DNA of 30,756 nt from Breznakia blatticola (GCF_004365815.1 NZ_SODD01000030.1:1-30756); one strand, 5' to 3'; numbered from the stretch's first letter, positions 1 to 9,514 are shown. Notes: generated by a model from the sequence alone, not told the origin. Numbers and translations are program-made.

Positions 1-30
1 GCGCCCAAATTTTGTAGTAAAAGTCAATAG

Positions 31-65
31 AAAAAAAGAGGGGTCAAAATTAATTGACTCCTCTT
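31..65 (-). terminator. Terminator-like hairpin whose U-tract lies on the minus strand
   Basis: AAGAGGGGTCAA-aattaa-TTGACTCCTCTT (36-65) forms a 12-bp stem with one G.U. It is preceded by A7 (31-37) on +, so it reads as hairpin plus T7 on -. There is no T-tract on +, and no minus-strand gene is visible to its right. Confidence 0.35.
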
Positions 66-127
66 ACAATTCTATTGCTTAACTTAATGACATTAAGTTT
101 CGGCTATTCTTTTTTTATGAAATGACT

Positions 128-157
128 TTGGTTTCCATTTCATTATTGCTGTATAAT
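128..157 (+). promoter_or_regulatory. Candidate sigma-A promoter of the HAD hydrolase gene
   Basis: TTGGTT (128-133), 18 nt, TATAAT (152-157). GGAGGA RBS at 165-170. Confidence 0.4.
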
Positions 158-176
158 AAAATATGGAGGAAATTGA

Positions 177-956
177 ATGAAGAAAAAATATATGTTTTTT
201 GACTTGGATGGAACACTAACAACAGGGGTGAAGCATGGAAATGAAATTCCTAAGCTTACATTAGATACAATTCAAGCATTAAAAGAACAAGGGCATTTTC
301 TATCACTAGCGACAGGACGACCACATTATCATGCAAAAGAAATGGCTAAACAACTAGGAATTCATCATATTGTTAGTAATGGTGGATATTGTGCCCAGGT
401 TGATGATGAGATGATTTTTCATGAAGGAATGAATCAAGAAGAAGTGCAAGCATTACTAAACACCTGTAAGGAATATCAAATCCCAATTGCGGTATCAAAA
501 GATGGGGATGATCAATTTGTGACAAACAGTTTAGCTTTAAAGCAAACGATTGATTCATTTAACTTTTGGGGGAAAGTAACAATTGATCCATATTTTGATC
601 CAAATTCATATGAAAAGATAACTCGTATGATTGTGGATGAATCATATCGTAAATATGAACATTTACATGCATTCAAAGATATAATTCTTGTTGGTTATTA
701 TTCACCATTTATGATTGTTGAACCAGATGATAAATATGGTGGAATTCAAAAGATGATGAAATACTTAGATGCACCACTTGAAGATGTGGTTTGTTTCGGA
801 GATGGACATAATGATATTTCAATGATTAGTCAAGCAGCAACTGGGATTGCAATGGGAAATGCAGTTGATGAACTGAAAGCTGTTGCTACATATGTGACGA
901 CCAATTGTGATGAAGATGGAATCTTACATGCATGTAAACATTTTGGTTGGTTATAA
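177..956 (+). CDS. Cof-type HAD-IIB family hydrolase (sugar-phosphate phosphatase-like)
   Basis: 259-aa ORF with GGAGGA 6 nt upstream. HAD motif I FFDLDGTL, motif II SLATGR, motif IV GDGHNDISM. Confidence 0.9.
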   Translation: MKKKYMFFDLDGTLTTGVKHGNEIPKLTLDTIQALKEQGHFLSLATGRPHYHAKEMAKQLGIHHIVSNGGYCAQVDDEMIFHEGMNQEEVQALLNTCKEYQIPIAVSKDGDDQFVTNSLALKQTIDSFNFWGKVTIDPYFDPNSYEKITRMIVDESYRKYEHLHAFKDIILVGYYSPFMIVEPDDKYGGIQKMMKYLDAPLEDVVCFGDGHNDISMISQAATGIAMGNAVDELKAVATYVTTNCDEDGILHACKHFGWL

Positions 957-1010
957 GCAATTACAGTGCTGTGAACATACAAGAAAGTCAATTCCAAAAA
1001 ACACTAAACA

Positions 1011-1039
1011 AAGAATGGGTTACCTATTCTTTTTTTTTT
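1011..1039 (+). terminator. Rho-independent terminator after the HAD gene
   Basis: AAGAATGGG-tta-CCTATTCTT stem followed by a T10 run (1030-1039). Confidence 0.8.
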
Positions 1040-1047
1040 GGCCACTG

Positions 1048-1056
1048 TGATATAAT
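1048..1056 (+). promoter_or_regulatory. Extended -10 promoter element upstream of nusB
   Basis: TGaTATAAT at 1048-1056, about 50 nt upstream of the nusB ATG. The -35 is poor (T-run). Confidence 0.45.
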
Positions 1057-1104
1057 TCACTAGCATTTTGTGTTAGAATAAGAGATGAAAATAAGGAGTA
1101 TTTT

Positions 1105-1482
1105 ATGAATCGTCACGAAACCAGAGAAGTCGCAATGACTAGTCTATATCAAAGTTTTTTATTACAAAAAGACATCAAGCGTGTACTTGTAGATAATGAT
1201 AAAATTGGGAATGAAATCCCACCGTTTTTGTATACAATTACAATTGATGCTACAAAGAATCTACCTGTATATAAAGAACGTATTAACAAGGTCTTAAATG
1301 GTAGTTGGAACTTTGATCGCTTAGGTTATATCGAGCAAGCAATATTACTTATTGCTGCTACAGAGCTAGATTTTGAAACTGCGCAGCGTCAAATTATTAT
1401 TGATGAAGCCATCGAATTAGCAAAAAAATACTGTGATGATGATGCTTATAAACTAATCAATGGAGTATTGGATCGCCTATGA
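1105..1482 (+). CDS. nusB: Transcription antitermination factor NusB
   Basis: 125-aa ORF with AAGGAG RBS. N-terminus RHETREVAMTSLYQ and C-terminal NGVLD are typical of NusB. It sits directly upstream of xseA, as in Bacillus. Confidence 0.88.
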   Translation: MNRHETREVAMTSLYQSFLLQKDIKRVLVDNDKIGNEIPPFLYTITIDATKNLPVYKERINKVLNGSWNFDRLGYIEQAILLIAATELDFETAQRQIIIDEAIELAKKYCDDDAYKLINGVLDRL

Positions 1483-2744
1483 GTCAAGTTGTAGAGTTAC
1501 GAAAACTCGCTGCATATGTAAAACGCGCAATTGATGGAGATCCAAAATTGCGCTCTTTATATGTTAAGGGTGAAATATCGAACTTTACACATCATCGTAG
1601 TGGTCACATGTATTTTTCTTTAAAGGACGGAAATGTTTCCATGAGTTGTGTGATGTTTGCAAGTCACACCAGAAATGTAAAATTTCAAGTTCGTGAAGGA
1701 ATGCAAGTGATTGTTTTGTGTAGTGTGAGTATGTATGAAGCCCGCGGTAGTGTACAGTTGTATGTTACCAATATGCAAAGCGATGGAGAAGGGGATTTGT
1801 ATTTACGTCTTGAACAGTTAAAAGCACAACTTCATAAAGAAGGTTTGTTTGCGGTTGAACATAAAAAACAAATACCAACCTATTCAATGGATATTGCAAT
1901 TATAAGTGCAAAAACCGGAGCCGCAATTCAAGATGTGTTCAGTATTATTGAACGAAGATGGCCAGCTGCAAAAGTGAAATTATATCCTAGTTTGGTCCAA
2001 GGTGAACAAGCAGCAAGCAATATTATTCAAAATTTGAGAATTGCAGATCAAAATCATCATGAAGTTATATTACTTGTACGTGGTGGTGGATCCATTGAAG
2101 ACTTGTGGTGTTTCAACGATGAAATGCTAGCGCGTCAAATATATACAATGCAAACGCCGATTGTCACAGGGGTGGGACATGAGACGGATACAACACTGGT
2201 TGATTATGTAAGTGATTTGCGTGCACCTACACCAAGTGCTGCTGCAGAAATTGTAACACCTGACATTCATGAAGTAGAAATGCGTTTACAAGAAATAAAG
2301 GCACGTGCAATCCGCAAAGTAGAACAACTACTACTAGATAGTCGTAGTGAATTGCTTTATTATCAAGAAAAGCCATTGTTATCAAATAAAGATGCATTGA
2401 CTAAAGATGATGCATTACATTTACAACTGATTGTACAACGATTAAGTAAAAGTAAGGTATATTATGAAAGAAATGCAAGTGCATTAATTAGAGCAAAAGA
2501 AAGATTATATACGAGTGTAAAACAGTATAGTCAAAAACAAAGACAGGACTATGAAAAGAAAGTTGCATTACTAGATGCATATAGTCCACTTAAAATATTA
2601 AACCGTGGTTACGCGGTAACTTTTGATCAAGATGACCATGTAATTAAAAGTGTAAATGATGTACATGTTGGACAAGGCATTCATATACGATTACAAGATG
2701 GAGAAATCAAAGCGAAAGTCGAGGGAGAAACAGATGGAAAGTAA
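1479..2744 (+). CDS. xseA: Exodeoxyribonuclease VII large subunit
   Basis: 421 aa with an ATGA overlap onto the nusB stop. N-terminal OB fold (VKGEISNF...SGHMYFSLKD) and core RGGGSIEDLWCFNDE...GVGHETDTTL. Confidence 0.95.
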   Translation: MSQVVELRKLAAYVKRAIDGDPKLRSLYVKGEISNFTHHRSGHMYFSLKDGNVSMSCVMFASHTRNVKFQVREGMQVIVLCSVSMYEARGSVQLYVTNMQSDGEGDLYLRLEQLKAQLHKEGLFAVEHKKQIPTYSMDIAIISAKTGAAIQDVFSIIERRWPAAKVKLYPSLVQGEQAASNIIQNLRIADQNHHEVILLVRGGGSIEDLWCFNDEMLARQIYTMQTPIVTGVGHETDTTLVDYVSDLRAPTPSAAAEIVTPDIHEVEMRLQEIKARAIRKVEQLLLDSRSELLYYQEKPLLSNKDALTKDDALHLQLIVQRLSKSKVYYERNASALIRAKERLYTSVKQYSQKQRQDYEKKVALLDAYSPLKILNRGYAVTFDQDDHVIKSVNDVHVGQGIHIRLQDGEIKAKVEGETDGK

Positions 2745-2952
2745 AATGACATTTAGAGAGAGAATGAACCGTTTGGATACAGTAGTAAGCCAACTAGAAC
2801 GCAATGAAGTGGAGTTAGAAGATGCTATCGATTTATTAAAAGAAGCACTGCTAATTGTAAAAAGTTGCGATGAGCAACTACAAGGATTTGAAGAACAAGT
2901 TTCACAATTGATTGCAGAAGAAACAAATGAAAGTGAGGCAACACATGAGTAA
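2734..2952 (+). CDS. xseB: Exodeoxyribonuclease VII small subunit
   Basis: I place the start at ATG 2734 (GAGGGAG at 2721-2727), not at the ORF-track start 2656. The FRERMNRLDTVVSQLE...LEDAIDLLKEA coiled coil is typical of XseB. It overlaps the xseA end. Confidence 0.85.
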   Translation: MESKMTFRERMNRLDTVVSQLERNEVELEDAIDLLKEALLIVKSCDEQLQGFEEQVSQLIAEETNESEATHE

Positions 2953-3793
2953 GTTTGATATTGAACCGTACTTACAAGATGCCTTAGCATATGCACCAGA
3001 CGGTGTGGTAAAAGAAGCTGCGTATTATTCGTTATTAAATGGTGGTAAGCATGTACGTAGTAACATATTGTTTGCAACTTTAGATGCATATCACATTCCT
3101 TTAAATAAAGGGATTGATGCAGCTATCGCAATTGAAATGATTCACACGTATTCATTAATTCACGATGATCTACCAAGTATGGATAATGATACCATGCGTC
3201 GAGGTAAACCAACTTGCCACATTAAGTATGGAGAAGACATTGCAATTCTTGCTGGAGATACATTGTTAACAGAAGCATTTCGTTATGCCGCAAAAAGTTG
3301 TGAAAGAGGAATTGATACAGGCTTAGTGATTGAGCAATTTGTTAATGCAGCTGGTATCAAAGGAATGATCTATGGACAACAACTTGATATTCAAAATGAA
3401 AATAAAGCAATTGAACTTGATGAATTAAAGGAAATCAATAATTATAAAACTGCAAAACTGATTACACTACCACTTATTATTGGTAGTATCATTGCAGATA
3501 AATACAGTAGTGATAAAGAATGTTGGGAGCAAATTGGATATAAACTTGGTTTAGCTTTCCAAATTCAAGATGATATTTTAGATGTAACTGCATCATCTGA
3601 AATGTTAGGTAAAGATGCAAAAAGTGATGAAAGAAATCAAAAAACAACATATGTGTCTTTACTTGGATTAGAAGAAAGTAAGGAAATTGTCGAAACTTTG
3701 TTAAATGATATAGAGAATCTACTTGATACTTTAATCATTGATAAACATTCGATGACAGAGTTGATTGATCAACTAAGAAATCGTCAAAAATAG
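2945..3793 (+). CDS. ispA: Farnesyl diphosphate synthase (polyprenyl synthetase family)
   Basis: Start at ATG 2945 (ATGAGTAA overlap with the xseB stop). First Asp-rich motif LIHDDLPSMDNDTMRRG and second Asp-rich motif FQIQDDILD. Confidence 0.9.
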   Translation: MSKFDIEPYLQDALAYAPDGVVKEAAYYSLLNGGKHVRSNILFATLDAYHIPLNKGIDAAIAIEMIHTYSLIHDDLPSMDNDTMRRGKPTCHIKYGEDIAILAGDTLLTEAFRYAAKSCERGIDTGLVIEQFVNAAGIKGMIYGQQLDIQNENKAIELDELKEINNYKTAKLITLPLIIGSIIADKYSSDKECWEQIGYKLGLAFQIQDDILDVTASSEMLGKDAKSDERNQKTTYVSLLGLEESKEIVETLLNDIENLLDTLIIDKHSMTELIDQLRNRQK

Positions 3794-3801
3794 GAGTTAC
3801 T

Positions 3802-5667
3802 ATGAATGTTCTAGATATAAAACAACCATCAGATATTAAAGTGTTATCCATACCTGAATTAGAAAAACTTGCGAAGGATATTCGTAGTTTTTTAGTTGAA
3901 TCGATAGCACAAACAGGTGGTCATTTATCTAGTAATTTAGGGATTGTTGAATTAACGTTAGCCATGCATTATGTATTTCAATCACCAAGTGATAAGTTTA
4001 TTTATGATGTGGGACATCAGTCGTACATTCATAAAATACTTACTGGACGTGCAAAAGAGTTTTCAAAACTACGTCAATACCAAGGAATCTCAGGATTTCA
4101 AAAACGCAAAGAAAGTGAACATGACTCATGGGAAGCAGGTCACTCTTCTACTGCGCTAAGTGCTGCACTTGGTTTTGCAGTTGCACGTGATTTGAATAAA
4201 GAAGACTATCAAGTATTACCAGTTGTTGGTGATGGTAGTTTAGCTAGTGGAATGTCATTTGAAGCACTCAACGAAATTGGTAGTGAGAAACGCAAAATGG
4301 TGATTGTGTTTAATGATAATGAGATGTCCATTTCTAAAAATGTTGGAGCGATGTCACAAACATTCACAAAACTTCGTTCAAGTAAACGATATACTGGATT
4401 CAAACATGGATTACAGGAATTTTTAAGTAGTAATAGCGCAGGTCAAAATGTATTAGAAGGATTGCGCGATTTAAAAAATAACATTAAGCATACAGTTGTT
4501 GATGCTTCATTTTTCGATGATTTTGGTCTTGATTATATTGGACCAATTGATGGTCATAATCTACACGAATTGATTCGTGTTTTTGAAGTTGTAAAGAAAC
4601 ATGATGGACCAATTGTTGTACATGTAATTACGCAAAAAGGAAAAGGATACTTGCCTGCACAATTAGATGATACTGGTGCTTGGCATGGGGTTGGTAAATT
4701 TGATGTAGCAAGTGGGAAAATGCTAAGTACAAAACCAATTGATCATAAAGATTGGAGTTCCATCATGTCTGATGGTCTACTTCGCTTAGCTAAAGAAAAT
4801 GAAGATATTGTAGCTCTGACACCAGCAATGATGGCAGGTTCAAAACTACAAGGGTTTTATGAAACATATCCAGAACGCTTCTTTGATTGTGGTATTGCCG
4901 AAGAACATGCAGTGACATTTGCTGCAGCTTTAGCAGCAGCAGGGAAGCGACCATTTATTTCCATTTATTCATCGTTTTTACAACGAGCATATGATCAAAT
5001 GAATCACGATATTGCGCGTATGAATTTACCAGTTGTAGTTTCTGTAGACCGTGCTGGTTTAGTTGGTGAAGATGGAGAAACACATCATGGTCTATTTGAT
5101 ATTGCAATGTTTAGAAATGTACCAAACCTTGTCTTATCACAACCAAAAGATGCAAAAGAAGCACATGATTTATTATATAGTGCCTTTCTACATCAAAAAC
5201 CATGGCTAATTCGAATTCCAAGAGGAAGTGTTGCAGATAATCAAGATCCATTTACAGCGATTGAAATTGGTTCTTGGAGTAAATGGCAAGCAAGTGATGC
5301 AGTCGATGCATTTATTCTTACGTATGGTCCAGATGTAGATAACTGTATTCAAAAGGCAAAATTAGAAAAACTGAATATTGCTGTTATAAATGCGCGTTTC
5401 TTTAAACCACTTGATACAGCGATGTTACAGCAAATACTAACAAGTAGTAAACCGGTTGTCATTTACGAAACAGATATGAAAGCTGGTGGTTTATCTAGTG
5501 CTGTTTTAGAATATGCAAATGATTATAATATCGATGCAAATATTGTACGTTTAGGAATTGATGATCATTTTGTTTGTCATGGAAATACGCAAGTATTACG
5601 CCAAGTTGAACATATTGATCTTGACAGTTGCTTTATGGAACTAAAAAAGGTGCTTACATGCGATTAG
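3802..5667 (+). CDS. dxs: 1-deoxy-D-xylulose-5-phosphate synthase
   Basis: 621 aa with AGGAG RBS. GGHLSSNLG, GHSSTALSAALG and the TPP-binding GDGSLASGMSFEALN motif. Transketolase-like C-terminal half. Confidence 0.97.
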   Translation: MNVLDIKQPSDIKVLSIPELEKLAKDIRSFLVESIAQTGGHLSSNLGIVELTLAMHYVFQSPSDKFIYDVGHQSYIHKILTGRAKEFSKLRQYQGISGFQKRKESEHDSWEAGHSSTALSAALGFAVARDLNKEDYQVLPVVGDGSLASGMSFEALNEIGSEKRKMVIVFNDNEMSISKNVGAMSQTFTKLRSSKRYTGFKHGLQEFLSSNSAGQNVLEGLRDLKNNIKHTVVDASFFDDFGLDYIGPIDGHNLHELIRVFEVVKKHDGPIVVHVITQKGKGYLPAQLDDTGAWHGVGKFDVASGKMLSTKPIDHKDWSSIMSDGLLRLAKENEDIVALTPAMMAGSKLQGFYETYPERFFDCGIAEEHAVTFAAALAAAGKRPFISIYSSFLQRAYDQMNHDIARMNLPVVVSVDRAGLVGEDGETHHGLFDIAMFRNVPNLVLSQPKDAKEAHDLLYSAFLHQKPWLIRIPRGSVADNQDPFTAIEIGSWSKWQASDAVDAFILTYGPDVDNCIQKAKLEKLNIAVINARFFKPLDTAMLQQILTSSKPVVIYETDMKAGGLSSAVLEYANDYNIDANIVRLGIDDHFVCHGNTQVLRQVEHIDLDSCFMELKKVLTCD

Positions 5668-6428
5668 ATCAATATCTTGCAACATATAAAGATGTGAAAT
5701 CACGTGCTGCAGCACAAGATTTAATCAAAGAGGGATATGTGGAAGTGAATAAAAAAATCATTCGTAAACCTGCATATACAATCAATGATACAGATTGTAT
5801 TGTTGTGCATAAATCAGAACATGAGTTTGCAAGTCGCGGTGGTTTGAAATTGTTTTATGCAATTGAGAAATACCATGTGCAACTTTCAGATAAAGTTGTG
5901 CTTGATATTGGTGCGTCCACTGGTGGATTTACTGATGTTTGTTTGCAGCAAGGTGCACGTCACGTATATGCTGTTGATGTTGGCGTTGATCAGCTTGCAC
6001 AATCTTTAAAAGATAATCCAAAAGTAAGTAATCTTGAAAGTTGTGATATTCGCACACTAGATCCAGCGAAGATCCAACAAGTTATTGATTTTATATGTAT
6101 TGATGTATCTTTTATATCACTGAAGAAAATCTTTGATGTTGTTGTTACATATTGTAATGATAAAACAGAATTGCTTGTATTGGTAAAACCACAATTTGAA
6201 GTAGGGAAAAACTTTGTGAATAAACAAGGTGTCGTAAAAGATAAAAATGTACATAAACGACTATTGCTAGACTATATGGATTACTTCCAATCTCTTGGAT
6301 TTGGAATCAAAGCAATCGATAAAGCCGCAATACAAGGTCGTTCAGGTAATCAAGAATATATTTTCTATATGAAATATCATAGTGTATCAAAATCGATACA
6401 CATTCAAGATGTATTGAAGGGAGAATAA
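5658..6428 (+). CDS. tlyA: TlyA-family rRNA (cytidine-2'-O)-methyltransferase
   Basis: Start at ATG 5658 (MRLDQYL). N-terminal S4 domain, then SRGGLKL and the SAM-binding LDIGASTGGFTD motif. It lies between dxs and recN, like B. subtilis yqxC. Confidence 0.9.
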   Translation: MRLDQYLATYKDVKSRAAAQDLIKEGYVEVNKKIIRKPAYTINDTDCIVVHKSEHEFASRGGLKLFYAIEKYHVQLSDKVVLDIGASTGGFTDVCLQQGARHVYAVDVGVDQLAQSLKDNPKVSNLESCDIRTLDPAKIQQVIDFICIDVSFISLKKIFDVVVTYCNDKTELLVLVKPQFEVGKNFVNKQGVVKDKNVHKRLLLDYMDYFQSLGFGIKAIDKAAIQGRSGNQEYIFYMKYHSVSKSIHIQDVLKGE

Positions 6429-6429
6429 G

Positions 6430-8079
6430 ATGATTCTAAGTTTATATGTCAAAAATTTCGTGTTAATTGATGAACTAACTTTGGATTTTCAAAATGGATT
6501 TTCTGCGTTCAGTGGAGAAACGGGGGCTGGGAAATCGCTTTTTATTGATGCCATTTCTATATTGTGTGGTGCAAAAGTATCACCAAGTTTTATTCAAAAA
6601 GGTGCTCAAAAAGCAGTACTTGAGATGTGTGTGGAAGTACATAAAAAGCATCCATCACTACAGAAATTAGCTGAAGCAGAAATTGAAGTTGAAGATCACA
6701 GTTTTATTATTTCAAAAACATTTACACAAGAAGGAAAAAGTACAACGAAGGTAAATTCACGTAATGTTACTGCTGCTTTCTTGCGCGATCTAATGAGTGA
6801 CGTTATCGATATTCACTCACAACACGATTCACAGTACTTACTCAATCCAAAATCTCATCTTGGTTTGCTTGATAATTTTGTCCAAGACGATGATTTAACA
6901 AGTAGCGTACGTACTGCATACAAAGACTATAAACAGAAACAACAAGAATTAGATACACTATTGGAAAAAGAATTTAATCAAGAGGATCTTGATTTCTTTA
7001 TGTTCCAATTAGATGAAATTAATGCGCTTGATGCATCAGAAAATGAAATTGAAGAACTAGAAAACTATCAAAAGGATATGATGGCTTTTGAGCGCGTTTC
7101 TAAGGCGCTAAACGAAGCAATGCAAGCAATTGATACATCGAGTTATGAAAATATTTATGAAGCTACAAAAGCGTTAGATGAGCTTGAACAAGAAGCGTTA
7201 GTAAAAATCAAAGAAGAAATGTTAAATGCATATTACTTAATCGATGAGCAAAAAGATGCTCTACATGCTTATGCAAATTCACTTGAATATGATGAAGAAA
7301 AACTTAATCAAGTTCAAGAGCGTTTATTTCAAATTCAAAAGATTGTGCGTAAACATGGACACACATTTAAAGATGTGCTTCTTAAAAAAGAAGAACTAGT
7401 ATCAAAAATAGAACTATTTAGTGATCGTGATGCAGCAATTGCATTAAAACAACAAGAAATCGAGCAACTATATAAAGAGTTTTATAAGCATGCTAGTAAA
7501 TTAAGTGAAAAGCGTAAACAACGTGCAAAAGAATTAGAAAAAGAAATTCAAGTACAGTTAGAAGATTTATATTTACCAAATGCGAAATTTGAAATCACAT
7601 TTACAAACCAAGATAGTGTACATGGAATTGATGGAGTGGAATTCTATATCTCGATGAATAAAGGAGAAAGCTTACGTCCACTGACAAAAGTAATTTCTGG
7701 TGGGGAACTTTCACGTTTAATGTTAGGATTGAAAGTTATCTTCACAAAACTACAACATATTGAAACAATTATCTTTGATGAAATTGATACAGGAGTATCT
7801 GGTAAAGTGGCATATGCGATTGGACAAAAGATGAAAGAATTAGCAAAAGTAACGCAAGTATTCTCAATTACGCATTTGGCTCCAGTAGCTGCACACGCAG
7901 ATGCACATTATTTAGTAAGAAAAGAAGAAGTAAATGATCATACAAGTACTTCAATTGTATCACTATCTTATGATGAACGAATTCGAGAACTTGCAATGAT
8001 TTCAACAAATTCACTTTCAGATAAAGCCCTTGATGCCGCAAAAGAACTACTAGATTCATGCGAGGAATCTCATGGCTAA
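6430..8079 (+). CDS. recN: DNA repair protein RecN
   Basis: 549 aa. Walker A GETGAGKS, long coiled-coil middle, signature SGGELSRLML, Walker B IIFDEIDTGVSG. Confidence 0.95.
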   Translation: MILSLYVKNFVLIDELTLDFQNGFSAFSGETGAGKSLFIDAISILCGAKVSPSFIQKGAQKAVLEMCVEVHKKHPSLQKLAEAEIEVEDHSFIISKTFTQEGKSTTKVNSRNVTAAFLRDLMSDVIDIHSQHDSQYLLNPKSHLGLLDNFVQDDDLTSSVRTAYKDYKQKQQELDTLLEKEFNQEDLDFFMFQLDEINALDASENEIEELENYQKDMMAFERVSKALNEAMQAIDTSSYENIYEATKALDELEQEALVKIKEEMLNAYYLIDEQKDALHAYANSLEYDEEKLNQVQERLFQIQKIVRKHGHTFKDVLLKKEELVSKIELFSDRDAAIALKQQEIEQLYKEFYKHASKLSEKRKQRAKELEKEIQVQLEDLYLPNAKFEITFTNQDSVHGIDGVEFYISMNKGESLRPLTKVISGGELSRLMLGLKVIFTKLQHIETIIFDEIDTGVSGKVAYAIGQKMKELAKVTQVFSITHLAPVAAHADAHYLVRKEEVNDHTSTSIVSLSYDERIRELAMISTNSLSDKALDAAKELLDSCEESHG

Positions 8080-9244
8080 GGTTATCTTTCACATTGATTT
8101 AAATGCGTATTTTGCCAATGCTGAAGTAATTCGCAACAGTTCTTTAGAAGGACAACCCATCGTTGTTGGTGGGTTAAGTAAGCGTAGTGTTGTATGTACA
8201 GCAAGCTATGAAGCACGTGCATATGGTGTCCATTCTGCGATGCCTTTACATGAAGCTTTACGTTTATGTCCAGATCTTATTGTGGTACAAGGAGATCATG
8301 ATTACTATAAAGAACTATCAAAAAAGTTTTTCGCTTTTATAAAAACCTATACACCGTTTGTTGAAATCGCAAGTATCGATGAATGTTATGCAGATATGAG
8401 TGAAGTGATAAAAAACTATGAACGTCCTCTTGATTTAGCTTGGGAGATTCAACAACGTCTAAAAGATGAATTAAGATTAAAATGTTCGATTGGGATTGGT
8501 CCAACAAAATTTCTAGCAAAGATGGCAAGTGATCGTTATAAACCACTTGGAATCTATGTAATTCGCAAACAAGAATTGGATAAGAAATTGTGGCCACTTC
8601 CAATTGGCGATATGATGGGGATTGGAAAGAAAACAGCACCGATACTGATTCAACATGGTGTTGAAACGATTGGAGATTTAGTTAAGGATGAAAATTATGC
8701 AATTGTTCGTCCTATACTAGGTAAACATACACTCCAAATGATTCAAAAAGCCAAGGGAATAAGTAGTGATCGAATTGAATTCTCCAACACGGTACAATCA
8801 ATTTCTCAATCGACAACGTTTGTTAGCGATGTTGAAGAGTATAACGAACTTGTTGGTATCTTGCGTAAATTAGCAGCTTCACTTGCAAATCGAGCAAAAC
8901 AAAAAGCGATGTCAGGAAAACTGATATCTGTATCAATTCGCTATTTTGATTTTCGTAATGTAGTTCGATCAATTACAGTAGAAGAATATATCCAAGATGC
9001 AGATAAGATACTTGAAGTTGCTTTATCTTTGTTTGATGAAAACTATGAGGACATTCCAATTCGTCATTTAGGAATTGGGTTAGGAAGTTTAAAGTCAGAT
9101 AATGAAAGAGTTGATCAATTAAGTTTATTCAACTATGAAAGCAAGTACAAAAAACTAGATATCATTGATGAACTGAATAAAGATATACTAGGAAGTAAAT
9201 TGGTATATGCTTCAAGTTTATTAGATAAAAAGGATCATAAGTAA
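8072..9244 (+). CDS. dinB: DNA polymerase IV (Y-family)
   Basis: 390 aa. HIDLNAYFANAE, SIDECYADMS and the little-finger region. The ATG overlaps the recN stop (ATGGCTAA, 8-nt overlap). Confidence 0.95.
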   Translation: MAKVIFHIDLNAYFANAEVIRNSSLEGQPIVVGGLSKRSVVCTASYEARAYGVHSAMPLHEALRLCPDLIVVQGDHDYYKELSKKFFAFIKTYTPFVEIASIDECYADMSEVIKNYERPLDLAWEIQQRLKDELRLKCSIGIGPTKFLAKMASDRYKPLGIYVIRKQELDKKLWPLPIGDMMGIGKKTAPILIQHGVETIGDLVKDENYAIVRPILGKHTLQMIQKAKGISSDRIEFSNTVQSISQSTTFVSDVEEYNELVGILRKLAASLANRAKQKAMSGKLISVSIRYFDFRNVVRSITVEEYIQDADKILEVALSLFDENYEDIPIRHLGIGLGSLKSDNERVDQLSLFNYESKYKKLDIIDELNKDILGSKLVYASSLLDKKDHK

Positions 9245-9279
9245 GTGTTTTTTTACAAAAATGTAAGAAACACTTTTTT
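9243..9279 (+). terminator. Rho-independent terminator of the nusB...dinB gene string
   Basis: AAGTGTTT (9243-9250) pairs with AAACACTT (9268-9275) and is followed by T6. It overlaps the dinB stop codon. Confidence 0.7.
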
Positions 9280-9464
9280 GTTAGTAAGCGTAAAATAATG
9301 CACGGATTTTCAAAAACAATATACAAATGATATGTCAAACAACTTACATGTTGAATGATATCCAACATATGTGATAGGCGTGCTAAGGGATATTGGTGTC
9401 AGTGTGGAACGACTGTTGCCAACAAACCCAAATTTATCTGGAGAGTTCTTTGTCCAAGTTAAGC

Positions 9465-9514
9465 GTAAAAAAAGACTGAGGTTGAATGTCAAAATAATGA
9501 CACCTCAGTCTTTT
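9465..9514 (-). terminator. Strong intrinsic terminator, mainly minus-strand polarity
   Basis: Perfect 11-bp stem AAGACTGAGGT (9472-9482) / ACCTCAGTCTT (9502-9512). A7 lies on the + side, giving U7 when read on -. Only T4 follows on +. Confidence 0.7.

Noticed and set aside
967-985. Half of a LexA/Cheo box (GTGAACATAC) upstream of nusB.
   Set aside because: The second half-site GTTC is missing at the required 4-nt spacing.
2691-3089. 132-aa minus-strand ORF opposite xseB/ispA. Similar antisense ORFs occur at 373-558, 4209-4403, 7868-8092, 8337-8639, 10073-10387, 10234-10473, 11351-11539, 13261-13571, 15270-15618, 17037-17471, 17702-18061, 18344-18526, 19100-19318, 22101-22325, 23902-24099, 25586-25777, 27024-27215, 28704-28895 and 29382-29633.
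   Set aside because: Each lies wholly inside, or overlaps, a well-supported gene. In the ones I inspected I saw no RBS, and the composition was low-complexity and typical of shadow frames in AT-rich DNA.
9372-9470. Possible SRP (scRNA) or other housekeeping RNA, because CGTGCTAAGGGA resembles the CGUGCUAAGCGG near the 5' end of Bacillus scRNA.
   Set aside because: The S-domain core (AGGUCAGGUCCGGAAGGAAGCAGC-like) is absent. I also saw no matches to the tmRNA, RNase P, 6S or T-box hallmarks I know.
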